Below, in pieces: positions 47,702-57,133 of a DNA stretch of 64,000 bases (positions are counted from its first letter, which is position 1; the number at the start of each line of letters is the position of its first letter). The notes below the pieces were generated by a model. That model made no database searches. It was not told the origin of the DNA and was given only the letters and a program-made list of their open reading frames with translations. The stretch lies in contig CP066684.1 of NCBI GenBank assembly GCA_016432325.1, positions 512,001 through 576,000 on the forward strand, written 5' to 3'. The translations under genes and the position numbers were made by a program. The stretch is from Candidatus Aenigmatarchaeota archaeon. GTDB taxonomy: Archaea > Aenigmatarchaeota > Aenigmatarchaeia > PWEA01 > JACQIF01.

Positions 47702-48757
47702 ATGCGCTCAAAAGGCATCTCCCCCATAATCGCCTCTGTGCTGATCGTTCTCGTGGTGATAGGCCTCGCGGCGACGTACACGACGTGGTCGTCTCGCATC
47801 TTCGGTCAGGTCACGGAAGAGAGCGGCGAGGCCGTGACGCGAACGACACAACAGCTATTTTCGCAGTTCGACATACAGGGCGCGGCTGACCAGCGCGTCT
47901 TCATAAAGAACACGGGCACCTCGAAGCTCTCCCAGTCCGCGCTGGAGGTTTTCTACGACGGCGAACCTATCGCGTACGCCGCGGATTTCGACGTTCTGGA
48001 GCGCGACGAGCTGGGCACTCTCACGCTGCGCGGGCTGTGGAAATACGGCGCTGGAGACCACGCGCTGCGCGTCACAGCAGGCTCGTTCGCCGATTCTTCC
48101 GGCGTCACGGCGTCCACGGCGCACGGCGTCGCCGGAGATTGGAGGTTTGAAGAGGGTTCTGGCGCATCGGCTGGCGACTCCAGCGGCAACGGCAACACTG
48201 GTGCGATAGCCAACGCCGTGTACGCGACAGACACGCCGCACGCCTCTTCGCACTACGCCCTGAGTTTCAACGGCGCCAACAGCAAGGTATCCATTCCTCC
48301 AAGCACGTCGTTCAACGTCTATCCGGGCGTGCGAACGATTGAAGTGTGGATAAAACGCACTTCGGGCTGGGCCGTCGAACAGGAATTTTCCAACGTCGAG
48401 GTGGGTAATTTAGAGATCGTCGGCTGGAGCTATGAGTTTGCCTCGACATACCAAGACGGGCCTTCCGAGGCCAACTGCGGCTATCCAACCCAATGGAAGG
48501 CGAACACGTGGCATCATGTTGTAGTACAGCAGAACCGCGTGACTGGAGGACAGGGATACCTGCGCGCTTACCTCGACGGAATCCTCGTCTGCGACAGGAG
48601 CGGCCTATCGTTCGGTCAGGGACCGAACAGCTACCTGTATTTCGGCGCGCGCGGCACAAACAACGACCTGTGGCTCAACGGCCTCATGGACGACGTTCGC
48701 GTATACGCGGGCGCGCTGACGCCGGACGAGTTGTATGCACTGAAGCTCAAGAACTGA
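47702..48757 (+). CDS. type IV pilin-like protein with LamG domain
   Basis: MRSKG|ISPIIASVLIVLVVI, WRFEEG, WHHVV, GLMDDVRVY. Confidence 0.9.
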   Translation: MRSKGISPIIASVLIVLVVIGLAATYTTWSSRIFGQVTEESGEAVTRTTQQLFSQFDIQGAADQRVFIKNTGTSKLSQSALEVFYDGEPIAYAADFDVLERDELGTLTLRGLWKYGAGDHALRVTAGSFADSSGVTASTAHGVAGDWRFEEGSGASAGDSSGNGNTGAIANAVYATDTPHASSHYALSFNGANSKVSIPPSTSFNVYPGVRTIEVWIKRTSGWAVEQEFSNVEVGNLEIVGWSYEFASTYQDGPSEANCGYPTQWKANTWHHVVVQQNRVTGGQGYLRAYLDGILVCDRSGLSFGQGPNSYLYFGARGTNNDLWLNGLMDDVRVYAGALTPDELYALKLKN

Positions 48758-49082
48758 AGCCGTAAGGCCGGAGAGCCGAGGCGACCAGATTGTTTACGAA
48801 ACCGGTGAAAAAGACCAGCGCAAGTACGAACACTCCGACAAGCACTATTGCAAACACAATAGTCCAGTTGAAGCCTCTCTTCTTCGCCGGCGCAACGGCC
48901 TGCGCGTGTTCGGGCCTCGCAGACTCCTCAACGACCCCTTCTTCGCGTACGTCGCCCAGAACCTCGTCCGCCATGCGGGGGTCATAACCGGCCTGCTGAA
49001 GAGACGCGCGTATCTGGTCTTGCGCGAAGCCTGCGGCGTACTGGTCTAGAATCCACTTGCGCATTGCTTCGTCTACTGGCAT
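48747..49082 (-). CDS. hypothetical protein with C-terminal TM helix
   Basis: GF..DQIRASL..AGY helical N-terminus. Confidence 0.7.
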   Translation of the reverse strand: MPVDEAMRKWILDQYAAGFAQDQIRASLQQAGYDPRMADEVLGDVREEGVVEESARPEHAQAVAPAKKRGFNWTIVFAIVLVGVFVLALVFFTGFVNNLVASALRPYGFSS

Positions 49083-49106
49083 GCGTAGTTTGCGCCGTAT
49101 CCGTTC

Positions 49107-50339
49107 TTAAACCTTATACCTCAGCGTCGCCGCGATTCCGCCTATCTGGTAGAGCTGCTCGCCTTCTGCGGTGTCGCGCGAAATAGGAACGACGCGCGCG
49201 CCTGTGGTCTTGGCCAGCTCTTCAAGAGCCTCGAGCATCTCGCGCTCGCCGACTATTTTCATGTGCTTCGAGCACTGCGCGCAGGCGTGTGACGCACGCT
49301 CTTCCTTTTTCACAATTACTTTCTCCGAATTTCCGCATTCGCACAGGTATTCAACTTCCTCCAGTTTCGCGTGTTCTGAAACTAGAACTACATCAGCCGC
49401 GCCCATTTCAATCGCGCGTCGCACGTTCTGCAAGCCGTACGTCGCCTTGCCTCCGCGGTTGAACTCGTCGAAGAAGCTTTTGACAATCTCTTTTTCTTTC
49501 GCTACCGCGGCCTCTTTCAGGACGTCCTGCGAGCGGTTGAACAACTCGTCGAGTCCGTGCTCGCCTGTGTAGCCCGTGTCCTTCACGGCGATTATCCTCT
49601 TCTTCAGCGCGTCTGCGAGGTAATCTCCATCGACGAACTTCTCTTTCATCGGTCCCGGACCGCCGACGATGACGCCGCGCACGTCATCGGCCTCGAAATA
49701 TTGGCGAAAGAGCGCGGCCGCACGTTTCATGTGGTCTTCTATGAGCCCCTGGCGGACGCGCTCGAATCTGGCAGCGCTCTGACCGCCAGCCGCTACCTTA
49801 CTCGGCACAGGCGAATCCATGTGACCAAGGAACGAGATTCGTTTGCCGCGCAGCAACCCGTAGTCCGCATCGTTCGAATCGATAACGAAAAGTCCGTAGA
49901 CCTCCTTCTCCTTTATCATGTCGCGCAGAGGGTCCAGGTCAAACCGCTGGTCGCACCAGTAGAGTTCGGTGTAGAGCGTGTCTGGAGGCTCCAGAGCCCA
50001 CATCTGCATGTCGTCGACACCTTCTTTTTCCGAGACGTTGCCGCAGAAAATCGCGAGTCCGTTATCGGGCGTGCGCTTGTAGAGCTTGAGGTGCTGGAGA
50101 ATCTTTTCGAGAGAGTTGACGACGTTCTTGCGCGTGGCCTTGGACTTTATGTTCTCTGCGGTGCCCATCTCGTTGCGCAGCTGGTTCATCATGTCCGTGA
50201 CGCTGGATTTCGCGGCGATGTAGACCGTGACGAGCTCCGTGTGACGGCCCTTCCTCTGCTCCAGATCTTCGATCAGCTTCTTCAATTTTCTTCGTTCTTC
50301 GGCTTTGTCGTCTTTATTCCCGTCAGACATAGTAACCAC
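49107..50339 (-). CDS. prf1: peptide chain release factor aRF1
   Basis: GRHTELV, NIKS, YWCD, GGQSAARF. Confidence 0.97.
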   Translation of the reverse strand: MVTMSDGNKDDKAEERRKLKKLIEDLEQRKGRHTELVTVYIAAKSSVTDMMNQLRNEMGTAENIKSKATRKNVVNSLEKILQHLKLYKRTPDNGLAIFCGNVSEKEGVDDMQMWALEPPDTLYTELYWCDQRFDLDPLRDMIKEKEVYGLFVIDSNDADYGLLRGKRISFLGHMDSPVPSKVAAGGQSAARFERVRQGLIEDHMKRAAALFRQYFEADDVRGVIVGGPGPMKEKFVDGDYLADALKKRIIAVKDTGYTGEHGLDELFNRSQDVLKEAAVAKEKEIVKSFFDEFNRGGKATYGLQNVRRAIEMGAADVVLVSEHAKLEEVEYLCECGNSEKVIVKKEERASHACAQCSKHMKIVGEREMLEALEELAKTTGARVVPISRDTAEGEQLYQIGGIAATLRYKV

Positions 50340-50362
50340 TGGATGAGCTATCCACTTAAATG

Positions 50363-51019
50363 TTAGATGCGCAGCCTATCTGCCGCATTGAGCTTCATGC
50401 GAATGGGCTGGAGATCGGTAAGGCGGTCGAAGAGGTTGTGGTAGTCGCCGTAGATGTGGTCCAAGCCGCCAAAATGGACCACCGAGTTTCTTTGTCTTCT
50501 CAGCAATCGTTCGGCAAAAGCGTCCCGCTCTGAAAGGAAGGCCTCCAAGTCAGGCGCGTCCCTCACAGGATAGGCTTCTAGCGTGTATTCCGCATCCGTA
50601 AATGCGCGGCGTGGAGGCTGCTGCAGCAATTTTTCAAACTCACGGCCCGGGTTGTTGTCAGGGATAGCCATGACCTGATCGATGATTTTGTCCGTCTCCT
50701 CGGTTTCGCAGAACAGCATGCCTGTCCGATGGCGCCGGCGATAGTCCCGCACGGCGCGCATGTTAGAGAACATGTTCGTGAGGAACAAGCGGACTGTCTC
50801 TGGATGGGCATCTGGATACTCGACAACCAGTTTCCTCTGCTTCTCTTCCAAAACGCCGTCTTTGGACGTCTCGTCCAGATATCCCATCGCTGTCGCGTAG
50901 TAATCGGGCGTGGTCTCGACGCTTATCACATGCGGCTTGAAGGCGTTGAAGATTCGCGTCAGTCGTCTGTACGCTCTTATGTCCGTGTGGTCCTCGCCTA
51001 CCAGAATTATCCTGGGCAT
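50363..51019 (-). CDS. hypothetical protein, TraB/ChaN/EreA-like motifs
   Basis: LVGEDH, PHVISVE, RD, GGLDH. Confidence 0.6.
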   Translation of the reverse strand: MPRIILVGEDHTDIRAYRRLTRIFNAFKPHVISVETTPDYYATAMGYLDETSKDGVLEEKQRKLVVEYPDAHPETVRLFLTNMFSNMRAVRDYRRRHRTGMLFCETEETDKIIDQVMAIPDNNPGREFEKLLQQPPRRAFTDAEYTLEAYPVRDAPDLEAFLSERDAFAERLLRRQRNSVVHFGGLDHIYGDYHNLFDRLTDLQPIRMKLNAADRLRI

Positions 51020-51094
51020 GCGAATGCTTGCGCAGGAATCTTTAAAAACCCGTTTTAAGCTTCCCCCTTCAGAGAGGGAAATCTGTAATTCTGC

Positions 51095-53455
51095 TCAGAG
51101 CTCTATCGCCAGCTCCTTGCCGAACTCTATCTTCTCTGCGTTCAGCACGGCATAGAGGTCCTCGAGGAACGGCTTCGCGCGCTTCTCGTCTACGTTCATT
51201 ACGAGCCGTTTCACAGGAGCCTTCATTGACAGGCTGCGCTCGGACTTCGCCTTGCGCACGGCCGATATGATTTCCAACAAGGAGTCTCCGAAGGCTACGA
51301 ACTCCGCGTCCACGCGCGCGGCATCGGGCCAGATTGTCTTGTGTATTGAGGTCATCTTTACGCGTTCGCGGAAGTATGATTGGTATATCTCTTCAGTCAC
51401 GTAAGGCATTATAGGCGCGTAGAGTTGCAGAACGGAAAACAGCGATTTGTATAGTGCATGTTGCGCCGCCCTCCTTTCCAGAACGCCACGCTTGTCCGGG
51501 TTGTATATCTTGTCCTTAACGATTTCGAGATAGTTGTCCGCAAAGACGCTCCAAAAGAGACGGTCGGCGATACGGCGCGCGGCCGAATAGTCGTAGTCGT
51601 CGAACGCGCGCGTTGCGGACGCGAACGCCTCCTTGACTTTCTCGAGCATGTAGGCATCAAACCCGCTCGTCTCTTCTTCTCCTGAATGGTCCTGCAGGTT
51701 TTGTATGGCGAACTTGGACGCGTTCCACAGCTTCGTGACTGTCTTCATTCCTGTGACGAGCTCTTTCTCTTCGTAATTGTAGTCGTCGCCGAGCTTCGCG
51801 CTGGCCGTCCAGTAGCGGAGCGCGTCGCCTCCGTACTTGTCCATCGCTGGCTGCGGTTCCACCACGTTTCCGAGAGATTTTGACATCTTCTTGCCGCGCG
51901 GATCCAAGACGTGGCCTGATATCGCCGTGGTCCTCCACGGAAGTTCGCCTTCCGAAACGTGGCTGCGCACAACGGTGTAGAAAAGCCATGTCGTTATGAT
52001 GTCATGCGCCTGAGGACGCAATGCCATCGGAAGGTTTGCAGAGCCTTTCGGAGCGAGTGAGCGAACGATTTGCGGCGTTGTGGACGACGTGGCCCAAGTG
52101 TCGAGCACGTCTTTATCGGGAACGAAATCCGAAGAGCCGCACTTGCAGGCGCGCAGGGGTTTGTCCTTGAGCGGGTCGACGGGCAGCTGTTTCTCGTCTG
52201 CCGCGTTCACGCTCGCGCAGGCTTTGCAGTACCAGACCGGTATCGGCACGCCGAAGTATCTCTGCCGCGAGACGCACCAGTCCCACTGCAGGTTGTTAAT
52301 CCAGTTCTCGTAACGAGCGCGCATGTGCTCGGGATGCCACCTGATTTTGCGACCGTTTTCTATGAGCGCGTCTTTGATCGAAAGCACGTCGATGAACCAC
52401 TGCTGCGTGTGCAGGATTTCGATGTCCGTCTTGCAGCGTTCGTGAACGCCCACGGTGTGCGTTATCCTCTTCTGCGAGACGAGCAGGCCTTCCTTCTTCA
52501 GGTCCTCGATGATGGCGCGACGAGCTTCTTTAACATCCAGCCCTTTGTATTTTCCCGCGGACGCGGTCATCTTACCGTCCCTTCCAACGGATTCCACGAG
52601 CGCCAGGCCGTACGCTTTGTACCATTCGACGTCCGTCTTGTCGCCGAAGGTGCAGCACATCACAGCGCCCGTTCCTTTTTCTTTGTCGACGCGCGCGTCT
52701 GTTTTGATTTCTACATTTTGATCGAAGAGCGGAACTGTAACGGACTTTCCAACGAGCTTCGTGTAGCGCTTGTCTTCGGGATGCACGAACACGGCGACGC
52801 AGCTCGGCAAGAGTTCGGGACGCGTCGTCGCAATGACAAGGTCCTCGCCGTCGGTGAGTTTGAACTTCACGTCGTTGAAAGTGCTCTCTGACGCACGGTC
52901 TTCTATCTCTGCTTGCGCGATTGCAGTCTGGCATACAGGACACCAGACGTTGGGAGCGTCCTTGCGATAGACCTTTCCGTTCTTCAGAAGCTCGAGGAAC
53001 GAGGCCTGCGAGACGCGGCGCGAGTTGTCGTCTATCGTAGAGTAACGCAAAGAGAAATCGCAGGACATTCCCACGCGCTTCCAGTCTTCTATGAACGCGG
53101 GTCTTATCTCGTCGAGCGTCCTGAGGCAGAGCTCGATGAACGATGTACGGTCCATCTTCGACGCGCGCACGTTCTTCAGTTTCTCTATCAGCCGCTCCGT
53201 GGGCAGTCCGTTGTCGTCGGTGCCGAACGGGTAGAGAACGTTGAAACCGCGCATGCGCTTGTAGCGGGCGATGAAGTCCTGCTGTGAGTATGAGGACGAG
53301 TGGCCGATGTGCATCTTTCCAGAGACCGTCGGCGGTGGAGTGTCTATGGAAAAGACGGGCGCCTTCGCGTCCGGCTCGTACGCGTATACGCGCTGCTCGT
53401 CCCAGAACGCGCGTATGCGGGGCTCGGCCTCCTTCGGGTCATAGCGGTCTTGCAT
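51095..53455 (-). CDS. valS: valine--tRNA ligase
   Basis: DTPPPTVSGKMHIGH, ATTRPE, DWCVSRQRYFG, KMSKSLGN. Confidence 0.97.
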   Translation of the reverse strand: MQDRYDPKEAEPRIRAFWDEQRVYAYEPDAKAPVFSIDTPPPTVSGKMHIGHSSSYSQQDFIARYKRMRGFNVLYPFGTDDNGLPTERLIEKLKNVRASKMDRTSFIELCLRTLDEIRPAFIEDWKRVGMSCDFSLRYSTIDDNSRRVSQASFLELLKNGKVYRKDAPNVWCPVCQTAIAQAEIEDRASESTFNDVKFKLTDGEDLVIATTRPELLPSCVAVFVHPEDKRYTKLVGKSVTVPLFDQNVEIKTDARVDKEKGTGAVMCCTFGDKTDVEWYKAYGLALVESVGRDGKMTASAGKYKGLDVKEARRAIIEDLKKEGLLVSQKRITHTVGVHERCKTDIEILHTQQWFIDVLSIKDALIENGRKIRWHPEHMRARYENWINNLQWDWCVSRQRYFGVPIPVWYCKACASVNAADEKQLPVDPLKDKPLRACKCGSSDFVPDKDVLDTWATSSTTPQIVRSLAPKGSANLPMALRPQAHDIITTWLFYTVVRSHVSEGELPWRTTAISGHVLDPRGKKMSKSLGNVVEPQPAMDKYGGDALRYWTASAKLGDDYNYEEKELVTGMKTVTKLWNASKFAIQNLQDHSGEEETSGFDAYMLEKVKEAFASATRAFDDYDYSAARRIADRLFWSVFADNYLEIVKDKIYNPDKRGVLERRAAQHALYKSLFSVLQLYAPIMPYVTEEIYQSYFRERVKMTSIHKTIWPDAARVDAEFVAFGDSLLEIISAVRKAKSERSLSMKAPVKRLVMNVDEKRAKPFLEDLYAVLNAEKIEFGKELAIEL

Positions 53456-53571
53456 GGCTGAAGTGTGAGCGCAACGAATAAAAATAGGTTCCGCGGGGCG
53501 AATCGCGGCGATTTCGTGCGTTTATATACTTTCCGCAAGAAGCCCTCTCTAAACTTTGAATAGTGACTACC

Positions 53572-55770
53572 ATGGCCGAGAAAGAAGGACACAGCGAACG
53601 CGTGCAGCAGCTGATGAACAATCCGAAGAACATCCGCAACATCGGCATCGTCAGCCACATCCACCACGGAAAAACGACCCTGACGGACAACCTCGCCGCA
53701 CAATCCGGCATGATGTCCGCAGAACTCGTAGGCGAGCGCATGCTCACGTGGATAGACACGCAGGAGCGTGAAAGGCTCATGACCATCTACGGCGCGACCG
53801 TGACGATGGCCCACAGGTTCGACGACCAGCAGTACCTTATCAATCTTCTTGACACGCCGGGTCACGTCGACTTCGGAGGCGACGTGACGCGCGCGATGCG
53901 CGCCGTGGACGGTGCGGTAGTGATGGTCTGCGCTGTCGAGGGCATAATGCCCCAAACGGAAACGGTTCTGAAGCAAGCGCTCGCCGAGCGCGTGAAACCG
54001 ATACTCTTCATCAACAAGGTCGACCGAGCCATAAAGGAACTTCAGCTCACGCCCGAGGCTCTGCTGCAGCGTTTGGAAAAACTAGTCATAGAGGTCAACA
54101 AATTCGTGCGCAACCACGTGGAACCCGAGTTCGCGGACAAGTGGGCGTTCTCCGTGAAAGACGGCTCTGTCGCGTTCGGAAGCGCACTGCGCAAGTGGGC
54201 CATAAGCGTGCCTTACATGAAGAAGAGCGGCGTCACGTTCAAAGAGATAATAGAGGCGTGCGCATCGGGAAGAGACGAGGAGCTTGCGACCAAGGCGCCG
54301 ATGTACACGGTCGTTCTGGACATGGTTATCCAACATCTTCCATCGCCGATAGAAGCGCAGCCATACCGCGTACTGCGTGTCTGGAAGGGCGATCCGGAAA
54401 GCGGTGTCGGCAAGCAGATGATAACATGCGACCAGAACGGCAAGCTCGGCGCCGTAATAACAAAGGTCGTGCAAGACCCGCACGCGGGCCTGATTTCAAC
54501 CGTGCGCATATTCTCCGGACGCATCGTCGCCGGCCAGAACGTCTATGCGCTGGGACTCAAGAAACCCATCAAGGTTCAGCAGGTCACCACGTTCATCGCT
54601 GACAAACGACAGCCCGTCGAATACGCGACTGCAGGGAATGTAGTCGGCCTTGTGGGCATTGCCGAAGCGTCGGTCGGCGAGACGCTCTGCGATGCGGACG
54701 CGGTCATCGAGGCGTTCGAGGAAATAAAGCACATCTTCGAGCCTGTCGTTACGAAGGCGCTCGAACCCAAGAGGCCGCAGGACCTGCCGAAGCTCGTCGA
54801 GATACTCAGGATACTCGGAAAGGAGGACACCACGCTCAAGATTGAAATCAACCAGGAGACCGGCGAGACGCTCGTGTCGGGACTCGGAGAGCTGCACCTC
54901 GACGCGAAGGTCGAGCGCAAGATACGCGAGAAGGGAATAGAACTGCTCGCATCGACTCCGATTGTCGTCTACCGCGAGACGTGCACGAAGAAGGCCGGGC
55001 CTGTGGAAGGCAAATCCCCTAACAAGCACAACGCGTTCTACGTGCAGGTGGAGCCAGTGCCCGCCGCCGTATACAAGGCGATGATAGACGGCGCGCTGCC
55101 ATCGAGCAAGGAGATGAAGAAGAAAGACCAGGCGTTCATAGACAAGCTGCGCGAGCTGGGCATGGACAAGAAGGACACCGACGGCCTCGAGCTGCTATAC
55201 GAGCGCAACTTCCTGATAGACGCGACAAAAGGCATCCAGTATCTCAACGAGGCCATGGAACTCATCAAGCAGTCTTTCAAAGAGGTGGCCAACGAGGGTC
55301 CGCTCGGCCGCGAACCGGTCACCGGGATGATTATACGCGTGGCAGACGCGAAGCTCCACGAGGACGCGATACACCGCGGACCGGCGCAGGTCATACCGGC
55401 CGTACGCCAAGCGATAAAGAACGCGGTGCTGATGGGCGGCGCGACGCTGCTCGAGCCGCGCCAGATAGTTCTCATAAACTCGGACCACGAAAGCGTAGGA
55501 AACGTGATGAAAGAGGTCCAGACGCGGCGCGGCGAAGTGCTGGACGTGACGACGGAACTGGGCTCGACGAACGTGAAGGCGAAGCTGCCCGTGGCGGAGA
55601 TGTTCGGCTTCGAGGCGGCGCTCAAATCGGCTACTGGCGGCAGAGGATTCTACTCTCTGGTCGACGTGACGTTCGAGAACATCCCGCGTGAACTGCTCGA
55701 GCGGACGGTCGTGCAGATACGCACTCGTAAGGGCCTCAGCGCCGAGATGCCGAGACCGGAACTCGGTTAA
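53572..55770 (+). CDS. fusA: translation elongation factor EF-2
   Basis: DTPGHVDF, NKVD, GLGELHL, diphthamide loop HEDAIHRGPAQ. Confidence 0.98.
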   Translation: MAEKEGHSERVQQLMNNPKNIRNIGIVSHIHHGKTTLTDNLAAQSGMMSAELVGERMLTWIDTQERERLMTIYGATVTMAHRFDDQQYLINLLDTPGHVDFGGDVTRAMRAVDGAVVMVCAVEGIMPQTETVLKQALAERVKPILFINKVDRAIKELQLTPEALLQRLEKLVIEVNKFVRNHVEPEFADKWAFSVKDGSVAFGSALRKWAISVPYMKKSGVTFKEIIEACASGRDEELATKAPMYTVVLDMVIQHLPSPIEAQPYRVLRVWKGDPESGVGKQMITCDQNGKLGAVITKVVQDPHAGLISTVRIFSGRIVAGQNVYALGLKKPIKVQQVTTFIADKRQPVEYATAGNVVGLVGIAEASVGETLCDADAVIEAFEEIKHIFEPVVTKALEPKRPQDLPKLVEILRILGKEDTTLKIEINQETGETLVSGLGELHLDAKVERKIREKGIELLASTPIVVYRETCTKKAGPVEGKSPNKHNAFYVQVEPVPAAVYKAMIDGALPSSKEMKKKDQAFIDKLRELGMDKKDTDGLELLYERNFLIDATKGIQYLNEAMELIKQSFKEVANEGPLGREPVTGMIIRVADAKLHEDAIHRGPAQVIPAVRQAIKNAVLMGGATLLEPRQIVLINSDHESVGNVMKEVQTRRGEVLDVTTELGSTNVKAKLPVAEMFGFEAALKSATGGRGFYSLVDVTFENIPRELLERTVVQIRTRKGLSAEMPRPELG

Positions 55771-55808
55771 GAGACATTATAAAACATTGCGCCCAAATAT
55801 CCACCGAG

Positions 55809-56324
55809 TCACTTTGCCCGTCTGCCGCGCATCGCGTACTTTGGTCCTTCTGGCGTCTTGACAATCTTTAGGATTTTTCTGTGTCCCGCAAGAACATTGA
55901 GGTAGGGGGCCACTTCGTTCGGCTTGATTTTGTAGCCGGCCTTCTCAGCCCGCTCGACTATATCCGGTATGCCCAAGGCCCTCCTGCTTCTTTTGATGAG
56001 ATCAAACGCGTAGACGCCAGGCCTGAAAGAGTCGCTGTCGCTTTTTGCGCGTCTTCCCGCACGTCGCTGCGGGGTTTCCTGACCGTCTTCCTGTCGAACT
56101 TCATAGTCAAACTCTGTTCTCAGATAATCTCGTAGCTCCTGGTCGCTTTCTGCAATCTTGTAAATCTGCGTTCTCAAGTCCCGCGCATGTGAGTCCAGTT
56201 CCGAAACCCGCAAGACCATGCCTATGCACTCGGCAGCGCTCTGCTCGCGAGGCTCTGCGTATTTGCGTGCTAATCGCTGAGCCTTGTAATCCAAACGTGA
56301 CTTCCTTGGCATTCGATTCCCCAT
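55809..56324 (-). CDS. hypothetical protein, possible C-terminal winged helix
   Basis: 171-aa basic ORF. Confidence 0.6.
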   Translation of the reverse strand: MGNRMPRKSRLDYKAQRLARKYAEPREQSAAECIGMVLRVSELDSHARDLRTQIYKIAESDQELRDYLRTEFDYEVRQEDGQETPQRRAGRRAKSDSDSFRPGVYAFDLIKRSRRALGIPDIVERAEKAGYKIKPNEVAPYLNVLAGHRKILKIVKTPEGPKYAMRGRRAK

Positions 56325-56396
56325 ACAATTGATTGGTGCAAAGTTATTTAAAACAATGAGCGCCGTGGACGACCTCTTAGGCCTATTGCATCCTTG

Positions 56397-56891
56397 CTAC
56401 TTGCCCGACTTGACCGTCTCGACCGCACGGACGTCGCGAACTCGTTTCAGTTCCTCTTCCGAGAAGGGGGCAATAAAGACCAGCACGAAACCGTCTGGGT
56501 CACGGAAGGCCGCCTCGATGGTTCCCCAGTAATAGTGCCTAATCGGGACCTTGATGTTCACGTTTGCGTTCTTGAGAAGCGGGACCAATGACTCGACGCT
56601 GATCATCGCGGAGATTTTCGGCGTCTTCACCTGCTCCTTGAACACGGAGGAGTTCGTTATTGCAATGTGACCTTCAGCAATCTCAAGCTTTGCGCCGCCC
56701 GGAACCTCGAACGTCATCCCGCGGTAGCGTTCAGGAGCCGACGCTAGACCCTTCGGTAACGTTGAGCGAAACTTCTCGTCTCCGTACGCGAAGATGGGTC
56801 TGAATCCAAGTGACTCGTAGAACTTGCGCGACCTATCGAAGTCCCCTACCTTCAGGTGTATTCCAAGACCAGTAATCTTGCATTCTGACAT
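56397..56891 (-). CDS. VOC/glyoxalase-family protein
   Basis: LKVGDFDRSRKFYESLGF; YWG...FRDPDG. Confidence 0.9.
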   Translation of the reverse strand: MSECKITGLGIHLKVGDFDRSRKFYESLGFRPIFAYGDEKFRSTLPKGLASAPERYRGMTFEVPGGAKLEIAEGHIAITNSSVFKEQVKTPKISAMISVESLVPLLKNANVNIKVPIRHYYWGTIEAAFRDPDGFVLVFIAPFSEEELKRVRDVRAVETVKSGK

Positions 56892-57133
56892 TTCCGCAAC
56901 CTCTTTTGTGTAGCTATTTTCTACCCCTCTAGCATTCAACTTGGTTTAGTTTCACGATCGCTTGATATTGTGGTTTGGCTCAATCGGCGAACCGATAACG
57001 CGCCCCAATATGCGTTGCCTCCCCGTTTTCAACCATTCCACATTCATGACAATATTCGGCCTCCTGAGCATTTAAGGCTAACACAAGAGGTCGAACAGCG
57101 CCCGATATTATTATTTAAGGTGGTGGTGGCCGC

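Noticed and set aside
6480-55625. Many long antisense ORFs (e.g. 6480..7640, 12052..12912, 42168..43211)
   Set aside because: Shadow frames of well-supported genes in GC-rich DNA
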